From an uncultured bacterium (GTDB lineage: Bacteria > Auribacterota > Erginobacteria > Erginobacterales > Erginobacteraceae), in the NCBI GenBank assembly GCA_963822585.1, contig CAWGIE010000024.1:1-15885 (forward strand): a DNA stretch of 15,885 nt. The letters are read 5' to 3'. The position numbers and the translations under genes were made by a program. The notes beneath the pieces were generated by a model. The model ran no database searches, had not been told where the DNA came from, and saw only the letters and a program-made list of their open reading frames with translations. Of this stretch, positions 9,793-15,885 are shown piece by piece. The first letter of the stretch is position 1. Each line of letters starts with the position of its first letter.

Positions 9793-10125
9793 ATGATGAA
9801 GCTGATTAAAGCTTTTATCAGAACCTTCATGGCGGATAATGTCATCCGGGCATTAAAAGATGGGGGCATCCACGGACTGACGGCGATTGATGTCAAGGGA
9901 GTCGGAGATGAAGTGGACCCGGATCGACCGCAGCTCTCGGCTGAACTGGGCGGCACTTATACCTCCATGGTGAAACTGGAGATAGTCATTGATGACGACC
10001 ACGTTTCCCAGGCATGTACTATTATCCGCGAGCAGGCCCGGACCGGCCGTAAAGGTGATGGTTTGATCGCTGTCTCTCCCCTCGAAAAGGCCATCCGGAT
10101 CAGAACGGGAGAAGAGGGGATATAA
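9793..10125 (+). CDS. PII-like (GlnB fold) protein, non-canonical
   Basis: MKLIKAFIR, DVKGVG, VKLEIV, ARTGRKGDG, IRIRTGE; RBS GAGGTG. It lacks the GlnB Q39, Y51 and K58 equivalents. Confidence 0.85.
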   Translation: MMKLIKAFIRTFMADNVIRALKDGGIHGLTAIDVKGVGDEVDPDRPQLSAELGGTYTSMVKLEIVIDDDHVSQACTIIREQARTGRKGDGLIAVSPLEKAIRIRTGEEGI

Positions 10126-10145
10126 ACGTACGGTATTGATTGTCC

Positions 10146-11204
10146 ATGATCGTATCCGATCAGACTGCAAAACCTGGCCCAGACTATATTACCGGATTCT
10201 GGGAAACCGATGCCGGGAAGGTCCCGGTAATAGCGACAGAACTTACCGCCAGGGACAGGCGGGGAGGGTGGAAAGCCCGGTGGTCGCTTAACCGGATGCA
10301 GTATAGGGTCGACCCCGGCATCTACGCCGTGGGCGCCCCCGGTCCGGAGTCAGTTGTTCTGGTCTCGGCGAATTACAAGTTCAGTTTCGACGTTCTCCGC
10401 CGGGCTTTGGAAGGCCTGGACGCCTGGATACTGGTGCTGGACACCCGGGGCATCAATGTCTGGTGCGCGGCCGGCAAGGGGACTTTCGGGACCGAGGAAC
10501 TGGCGAGAAGGATCGAGGCGACCGGGTTAAAAAAGATCGTGAACCACCGGAAAGTGGTCGTGCCGCAGCTTGGCGCCCCCGGCGTGGCGGCGCATGAGGT
10601 AAAAAGGCTCACCGGCTTTTCGGTCATTTACGGACCCGTCCGGTCGGCCGACCTATCGCGGTTCCTGGCAGCCGGGATGATCGCTTCTCCCGAGATGCGC
10701 CGCGTCCGGTTCTCGTTTCGCGATCGTCTGGTCCTGGTGCCGGTGGAGGTTGTTACCGGCTTAAAATTTTTACTTGCCGGAGCACTGCTCTTCTTTCTCC
10801 TGGCCGTTCTGACCCGGTCCGGCTTTTCCGCCGCCGGAGGCCTGGCGTTCGGGACCCGGGCGGTCGTGAACGTGATCTTCGCCTACCTCGCCGGCACCAT
10901 CCTCGGTCCCCTTCTCCTTCCCTGGCTGCCGGGGAGGAGTTTTTCGGTGAAGGGGATCTTCCCGGGAGCGGTCCTCTTCGTTATCTCCTGGGTTTTCGGG
11001 TTCGCCGGGAAGGACCCCCGGGAGATACTCGCCTGGCTGCTCCTGATCCCCGCTATTTCATCATTCGCGACCATGAACTTTACCGGAGCTTCAACCTATA
11101 CCTCCCTTTCCGGGGTGAGAAAAGAGATGAAGATCGCGATTCCGTTGCAGGCAATCGCGGTAATAGCGGGTATGGGCCTGTGGATAGCAGGTAGATATAT
11201 ATAA
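10146..11204 (+). CDS. hgcA: Mercury methylation corrinoid protein HgcA
   Basis: Diagnostic cap helix NVWCAAGK (10455-10478), plus YRVDPGIYAVG, SANYKFSFD, PQLGAPGV, YGPVRS. The C-terminal membrane domain has LLPWLPGRSF and MNFTGASTYTSLSGVRKEM. The start is uncertain (TTG 10140 or ATG 10146). Confidence 0.96.
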   Translation: MIVSDQTAKPGPDYITGFWETDAGKVPVIATELTARDRRGGWKARWSLNRMQYRVDPGIYAVGAPGPESVVLVSANYKFSFDVLRRALEGLDAWILVLDTRGINVWCAAGKGTFGTEELARRIEATGLKKIVNHRKVVVPQLGAPGVAAHEVKRLTGFSVIYGPVRSADLSRFLAAGMIASPEMRRVRFSFRDRLVLVPVEVVTGLKFLLAGALLFFLLAVLTRSGFSAAGGLAFGTRAVVNVIFAYLAGTILGPLLLPWLPGRSFSVKGIFPGAVLFVISWVFGFAGKDPREILAWLLLIPAISSFATMNFTGASTYTSLSGVRKEMKIAIPLQAIAVIAGMGLWIAGRYI

Positions 11205-11206
11205 TA

Positions 11207-11421
11207 TAAATTAGCGCCGGAGGCGCTAATTTAGTGAATTTTCACTTTTTAGACTTAAAACGGATTGATGATAATCCAAAAATTAGTTCATGTCCAACAG
11301 CTCACTCCATAACGGTAAGCCTTTAGCATTATGTGGAAAAAAAGTTGTTGTTTTGGTTGCTTTATCGTCTGTTTCGGAATTTCAATAATCGGAAAAATCC
11401 GATTATTGAAATTCCGGAACA
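11207..11421. repeat. Palindromic elements between hgcA and hgcB
   Basis: TAAATTAGCGCC-GGA-GGCGCTAATTTA (11207-11233), and a 24-bp inverted repeat TGTTTCGGAATTTCAATAATCGGA-AAAA-TCCGATTATTGAAATTCCGGAACA (11370-11421, one mismatch). Confidence 0.8.
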
Positions 11422-11441
11422 ATAAATTAGGTGTCTGAGGG

Positions 11442-11735
11442 ATGAACGAACAAAGATATCTGGCCGATGTTGTTACCCTGGAGTTGGACCGGGACAAATG
11501 CATCGGATGCGGAATGTGCGGGATCGTCTGTCCCCACGCTGTTTTTATAGTTGAAAACGACAAAGCCATTATTCTTGATCGGGACGCCTGTATGGAGTGC
11601 GGGGCCTGCGCCCGGAACTGCCCGCCGGGGGCGATTAAGGTAAAATCGGGCGTTGGCTGTGCCGCCGGCATCATCATGGGAACGTTGAGAGGGACGGAGC
11701 CCTGTTGCGGCGAATCGCATAAATCCTGCTGCTAA
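11442..11735 (+). CDS. hgcB: Mercury methylation 2[4Fe-4S] ferredoxin HgcB
   Basis: Two CxxCxxCxxxCP motifs, the second being the diagnostic CMECGACARNCP; GVGCA; C-terminal vicinal cysteines; RBS GAGG; next gene after hgcA. Confidence 0.95.
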   Translation: MNEQRYLADVVTLELDRDKCIGCGMCGIVCPHAVFIVENDKAIILDRDACMECGACARNCPPGAIKVKSGVGCAAGIIMGTLRGTEPCCGESHKSCC

Positions 11736-11837
11736 TAAAGAGAACGTCAAATAGGTTCACATGTCATTGACCTGGTGACCCGAGAGATTGCGTATCCCCC
11801 AAAGGCGAATCACGATGAGGGGGACAAGAAATACTCT

Positions 11838-11870
11838 GGAACGTTGCCCGGAAAGGCAACGTTCCTTTTT
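11838..11870 (+). terminator. Rho-independent terminator after hgcB
   Basis: GGAACGTTGCC-CGGAAA-GGCAACGTTCC (11-bp perfect stem) followed by TTTTT. Confidence 0.8.
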
Positions 11871-11889
11871 AACGTTCCTTTTTATTGCC

Positions 11890-11918
11890 TTTACCCGGGG
11901 TGGAAAGAGGCTTATACT
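11890..11918 (+). promoter_or_regulatory. Candidate sigma70 promoter for the TA-like pair and gdh
   Basis: TTTACC(11890-11895)-17 bp-TATACT(11913-11918), 9 nt before the ATG at 11928. Confidence 0.45.
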
Positions 11919-11927
11919 GTCAAGATA

Positions 11928-12122
11928 ATGAAGCATGATAATCACAGGTCAATGTCACCAACTGAAAGGATCAATGCCTGGCTTGATTTAACCGATTTTT
12001 CTCTCCAGCTGATGAAGAGCACGCTTACTCCCGAACAACTGGCCCGGCGGATGAAACGGATTCGTGAAGAACAATTGCATATGCGATCGGTTTTTTTAAC
12101 CCGGTTAGCGCGGAAAACATAA
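11928..12122 (+). CDS. Small helical protein, putative MenA1-like antitoxin (~56-64 aa)
   Basis: 3' part of ORF 11775..12122, whose 5' part overlaps the terminator. MSPTERINAWLDLTDFSLQLMK; TAATG overlap with the nucleotidyltransferase. Alternative start at 11952. Confidence 0.6.
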   Translation: MKHDNHRSMSPTERINAWLDLTDFSLQLMKSTLTPEQLARRMKRIREEQLHMRSVFLTRLARKT

Positions 12123-12694
12123 TGACGACCAACGTGCTCTTAACTGTTTTTAAAAAATTAGATCAAGCAGCACAAGAGGCGGACACAAAAATAGTCATTA
12201 TGGGGGGAATTGCCGTCAGTATCTACGCTCTACCACGCACGACGTTGGACATTGATGGAGTAATTGATGTGGAAGAAAGTTCGACTCCGCGTTTTTTAGA
12301 AGCCGCGGCCAAACAGGGTTTTCAATGGGATAGGAAGAACCCGTTAAAAAGCATCAAAGAATTGCCGTTTATTACCCTACTGCATCCTTCTACCGGTGTT
12401 TACATTGATCTCTTCCTCGCTCAAAACGACTTTCAGCGCTCGGCGATCTCCCGTTCCCGAACCGTTAAAGTCAGCGATATCCAATTTGAAGTTATGTCCC
12501 CGGAGGATTTGATCCTGGTCAAGCTTATCAGTGACCGTCCCCGGGATACGGAGGATGTTCGCGGGATTCTAGTAGAGAACGCCGATAACCTGGATTATGC
12601 ATATTTAAATAGATGGTCCAACTATCTTGGAATATCAGCTTTTCTCCGAGATGAGCTTCGAAGCACTGAAGCAGGGAAACAGAAAAATGAATAA
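12122..12694 (+). CDS. Nucleotidyltransferase, MenT1/AbiEii-like putative toxin
   Basis: MGGIAV....PRTTLDID, IDL, SPEDLILVKL, RPRDTEDV: the GG..A, R.T.D.D, K and R.+D..D motif set of this family. Confidence 0.8.
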   Translation: MTTNVLLTVFKKLDQAAQEADTKIVIMGGIAVSIYALPRTTLDIDGVIDVEESSTPRFLEAAAKQGFQWDRKNPLKSIKELPFITLLHPSTGVYIDLFLAQNDFQRSAISRSRTVKVSDIQFEVMSPEDLILVKLISDRPRDTEDVRGILVENADNLDYAYLNRWSNYLGISAFLRDELRSTEAGKQKNE

Positions 12695-15572
12695 CAAATT
12701 ATTGCCGTCTTTGAAGGAGATCGCTTCTCACGTTCCCCTCTCGCTTAAGCAGCTGGAGGAGATCGAGACGCTGATTTTACGCCGGGGGAACTTCACCCCC
12801 GAGCGGGTACGGAAGGAGATGGCCTGGTTCTTCCTCAAGCTGGGGATCGCCGATTATTACTTCAAGTACACCCCCCTGGAACAGATCTCCCGACACATCG
12901 AGTCGATCCGGGCCAGCCGGATCATCTCCGAGAACTCCGGCGGCCGGCACGTCCCGGTCCAGTTCGTGAGCGAGCACGGCGAGAGCGGCAGCTACATGAC
13001 GGAGGATGACTACGACCAGATCCGGACACTGAAGGGGAGGATCGAGTCCCAGTACCCGGTCTTCCGGCTCCAGAGCTACCGCTCCCGGGGGTACCCGCTG
13101 CGCCTCTATGTCGTCTCCCGCCCGCATTTCGCCGCCGCTTTCGGGACCCCGGCGGCTTCCTTCGAAAAGGCGGCTTCCCGGGAGTTCATGGAGAACTCGC
13201 CGAAGGCGACCATCGAACGGTACCGGAAACTCTGGAACCGGCTGCGGGCCAGCGACGTTCCCCGGATCTCCTTCTCCGAGCTGCCGAAGCAGGGGGAGAC
13301 CCGGATCATGGTGGGGATGGGACGCGACGCCGCCAAGGGCTTCTTCACCAACTACACCTTCATCCTCAAGAAGCACGACGCCCATATCAACCGCGAGTAC
13401 GTGGAGCCCTTCGCCGACGGGACGGTCATCTTCTCGTTCTACCTCGACCGGAGAAGGGAAGAGCTGGAGATGGAACGTCTCTTCCAGGACATCTCGATGG
13501 CTGCCCTGCTCCCCTCGGACCAGCTCTCGGAGTTGTTTTATTCCGGCGACTTCAGCGCCGAGGAGACCAAGTACGCCTACGCCGCCGCCGCTTTCGCCCA
13601 CCAGTTCCTGACCTCATACACCGAGGAGTACGTGACCCTCTCCCGGGCGTTGGGCGACAAGCCGGAACTTTTGGGGACACTCTCGCTCTTCAAGACCCAC
13701 CTGGCCAAGGACACCTACCACGAGGCCCGGGTCATCAACACGGTGCTCAAAAACCGGGAGATCGTGCGGGAGATCTTCCAGGACTTCTTCCACCGTTTCT
13801 TCCCGGGGAGGGAACTGGTGGGGGAGAACAATCCCCACCTGGCGAAAGCCCGCAAGATGATGAAGGAGGACGTGTCTTCGGAGATCGAGCGCCACATCCT
13901 GGAGGCGCTGATCACTTTCAATCAGTCCGTCATGAAGACGAACTTCTTCAAGAAGGAGAAGGTCTGCCTCTCTTTCCGCCTCGAACCGTCGTTCCTTAAC
14001 CCGGTTGACTATCCGGAAAAACCCTTCGGGATCTTCTTCCTGGTCGGCAAGGGGTTCCGGGGCTTTCACATCCGCTTCCGGGACATCGCCCGGGGCGGGA
14101 TCCGCCTGGTCCGCTCGCCCTCCCAGAACGATTACGATCTCAACTCCGATTTTATCTTCGACGAGAACTACAACCTGGCCCGAACCCAGCAGAGCAAGAA
14201 CAAGGACATCCCGGAAGGGGGCGCCAAGGGGACGATCCTTTTGAACATGGATTACATCGCGGCGGGGGAGAGCCTTTTCCGGCACTATATCGACGGGCTG
14301 CTCGATCTCCTCCTCCCGCACCCCGAGATCGTGGACCTGTACGGGAAGGAGGAGATCCTCTTCCTGGGGCCGGACGAGGGGACGGCCGACCTGATGGACT
14401 GGGCGGCCGAGCATGCCCGCTACCGGGGCTATCGCTACTGGCGCGCGTTCACCACCGGCAAGAAGCCGGAGCTGGGAGGCGTCCCCCACGACACTTACGG
14501 GATGACCACCGAGGGGATCCACCGCTACGTGACCGACACCCTGCGGGCGCTGGATTTGAAGGAGGATAAGATCGCCAAGTTCCAGACCGGCGGTCCCGAC
14601 GGCGACCTGGGTTCGAACGAGATCCTGATCTCCCGCGACCGGACACTGGCGGTGGTGGACGGGAGCGGCGTCATCTACGACCCGAAAGGCCTGGAGAGGA
14701 AAGAACTGAAAAGGCTGGCGCGCCGCCGGCAGACCGTCGATCGCTTCAACCGGAAAAAGCTCTCCCGGCGGGGCTTCTTCGTGGGGGTGGGGGAGCGCGA
14801 CGCCCACCTCCCGGACGGCACCATCGTCCTTAACGGGACCGACTTCCGGAACCGTTTCCATTTCTACCCGGGTCTGGCCGCCGACCTCTTCATCCCCTGT
14901 GGGGGACGGCCCCGGGCGATCGGGATCGGGAACTGGCGGGAGTTCTTCAACGAGAAGGGCGTACCCCGGGCCCGGATCATCGTCGAGGGCGCCAACCTCT
15001 TCATCACCCAGGAGGCGCGCCTCCGCCTGGAGGAGCAGGGGGTCATTCTCTTCAAGGATGCCTCCGCCAACAAGGGCGGGGTGACCTCGTCCTCCCTGGA
15101 GGTGCTGGCGTCACTGGCGCTGAAGGACGACGAGTTCGCCCGGCTGATGACCGTTCCCGAAGGCGGACGGGAGCCGGCCTTCCGGAAGAAGTATATCGAG
15201 GAGATCATCGGGATCATCCGGCGGAACGCGTCCGCCGAGTTCGGGGTTCTCTGGCGGGAGCGCGCCGCCTCCGGGCGTCCCCTCTCGGTCCTCTCCGATC
15301 TGCTGAGCGACACGATCAACCGGGTCACCGACAAGGTGTATTCCTCCGGCCTCATCACTGACTCTGAACTCTGCCAGTCCGTCCTCCGCCGCCACCTCCC
15401 CCGGACCCTGATCAAGCGGGTGGGGGTGAAAACGCTGATGAAGCGGCTTCCGAAGGCATATCTGAAGGCGGTCTTTGCCGCCGCCCTGGCCTCGAGTTTC
15501 GTCTACGACAAGGGACTTTGCGCCGACGAGCTGGATTTCCTGGATTATGTGGGGAAAGAAAAGAAAGGATAA
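12687..15572 (+). CDS. gdh: Large NAD-specific glutamate dehydrogenase (~960 aa, Gdh2-like)
   Basis: GFHIRFRDIARGGIR, KNKDIPEGGAKG, GPDEGTA, TTGK...GG.PHD.YGMTT, QTGGPDGDLGSN, PCGGRP, IVEGANLF, DASANKGGVTSSSLEV. The ATG at 12687 overlaps the upstream stop. Confidence 0.92.
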   Translation: MNNKLLPSLKEIASHVPLSLKQLEEIETLILRRGNFTPERVRKEMAWFFLKLGIADYYFKYTPLEQISRHIESIRASRIISENSGGRHVPVQFVSEHGESGSYMTEDDYDQIRTLKGRIESQYPVFRLQSYRSRGYPLRLYVVSRPHFAAAFGTPAASFEKAASREFMENSPKATIERYRKLWNRLRASDVPRISFSELPKQGETRIMVGMGRDAAKGFFTNYTFILKKHDAHINREYVEPFADGTVIFSFYLDRRREELEMERLFQDISMAALLPSDQLSELFYSGDFSAEETKYAYAAAAFAHQFLTSYTEEYVTLSRALGDKPELLGTLSLFKTHLAKDTYHEARVINTVLKNREIVREIFQDFFHRFFPGRELVGENNPHLAKARKMMKEDVSSEIERHILEALITFNQSVMKTNFFKKEKVCLSFRLEPSFLNPVDYPEKPFGIFFLVGKGFRGFHIRFRDIARGGIRLVRSPSQNDYDLNSDFIFDENYNLARTQQSKNKDIPEGGAKGTILLNMDYIAAGESLFRHYIDGLLDLLLPHPEIVDLYGKEEILFLGPDEGTADLMDWAAEHARYRGYRYWRAFTTGKKPELGGVPHDTYGMTTEGIHRYVTDTLRALDLKEDKIAKFQTGGPDGDLGSNEILISRDRTLAVVDGSGVIYDPKGLERKELKRLARRRQTVDRFNRKKLSRRGFFVGVGERDAHLPDGTIVLNGTDFRNRFHFYPGLAADLFIPCGGRPRAIGIGNWREFFNEKGVPRARIIVEGANLFITQEARLRLEEQGVILFKDASANKGGVTSSSLEVLASLALKDDEFARLMTVPEGGREPAFRKKYIEEIIGIIRRNASAEFGVLWRERAASGRPLSVLSDLLSDTINRVTDKVYSSGLITDSELCQSVLRRHLPRTLIKRVGVKTLMKRLPKAYLKAVFAAALASSFVYDKGLCADELDFLDYVGKEKKG

Positions 15573-15580
15573 GAGAAATC

Positions 15581-15658
15581 CGAATGACGAATGACGAAAG
15601 AATGACGAAACTCGAATGACGAATGACGAAAGAATAACGAAACTCGAATGACGAATGA
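15581..15658. repeat. GAATGAC heptamer-based tandem repeat (32-bp unit x ~2.4)
   Basis: CGAATGACGAATGACGAAAGAATRACGAAACT at 15581-15612 and 15613-15644, with a partial copy at 15645-15658. Confidence 0.9.
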
Positions 15659-15661
15659 TTT

Positions 15662-15687
15662 GTAGGGGCGAACCCCCGTGTTCGCCC
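15662..15687 (+). repeat. GTAG-type REP-like palindrome
   Basis: GTAG-GGGCGAAC-CCCCGT-GTTCGCCC. Confidence 0.7.
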
Positions 15688-15704
15688 GGACGTTGAAAAA
15701 AATG

Positions 15705-15732
15705 AACGTTCAACATTCAACTTTCAACGTTC
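15705..15732. repeat. AACNTTC heptamer x4
   Basis: AACGTTC AACATTC AACTTTC AACGTTC. Confidence 0.85.
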
Positions 15733-15745
15733 AATTATAAAGAAC

Positions 15746-15820
15746 TGTAGTATCGCCGCTTTCAGCGGCTTGTAGGATCGCTGCCTGCGGCAGCTTGTAG
15801 GAAATGTAAGATCGCTTCGC
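15746..15820 (+). repeat. Tandem TGTAG-hairpin (REP-like) units
   Basis: TGTAGTATCGCCGCTTTCAGCGGCT, TGTAGGATCGCTGCCTGCGGCAGCT, truncated TGTAGGAAA, degenerate TGTAAGATCGC. Confidence 0.7.
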
Positions 15821-15885
15821 TTGCTGTTCGCAGAGCACGATTCTCCATTACTTTGGTGTCTTGGTGGTAAAAAAATAATACTGAA

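Noticed and set aside
9793..10125. Canonical glnB/glnK regulating the nearby gdh
   Set aside because: It lacks Q39, Y51 and K58, sits in the metal operon, and is separated from gdh by a terminator.
10140..11204. Acetyl-CoA synthase corrinoid subunit (AcsC/CdhE) instead of HgcA
   Set aside because: It has the Cys-containing NVWCAAGK cap helix, a C-terminal membrane domain, no N-terminal Fe-S or TIM-barrel region, and an adjacent HgcB.
11288..11750. Minus-strand ORFs across hgcB and the spacer
   Set aside because: Antisense to hgcB and running through the inverted repeat, with no protein-like features.
12777..15720. Long minus-strand ORFs opposite gdh, including the SSFVIRHS-repeat ORFs
   Set aside because: Antisense shadows and translations of the heptamer repeat.
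15581..15820. CRISPR array
   Set aside because: The units are directly tandem with no unique spacers, and there are no cas genes.

Overview
Bacterial chromosomal window, moderately GC-rich with AT-richer intergenic patches. Its core is an apparent single + strand operon (about 2240-11870). It starts at a sigma70 promoter with a CsoR/RcnR-type G-tract operator in the spacer, followed by csoR, a Cu(I)/Ag(I) RND efflux set cusC-cusB-cusA (cusA broken by two +1 frameshifts), rseC-like, a non-canonical PII-like gene, and the mercury-methylation genes hgcA (NVWCAAGK cap helix, TM tail) and hgcB (CMECGAC ferredoxin, C-terminal CC). It ends in an intrinsic terminator. Upstream lie a minus-strand pair (hypothetical plus a frameshifted MazG-like NTP pyrophosphatase), a small hypothetical and a membrane metal-dependent hydrolase. 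Downstream lie a MenA1/MenT1-like toxin-antitoxin pair overlapping a ~960 aa NAD-glutamate dehydrogenase of the fungal Gdh2-like size class, then a cluster of short repeats and REP-like hairpins. A dispersed GNA-triloop hairpin family occurs in two intergenic regions, one of them between hgcA and hgcB. All product calls come from motif recognition; no database searches were run.
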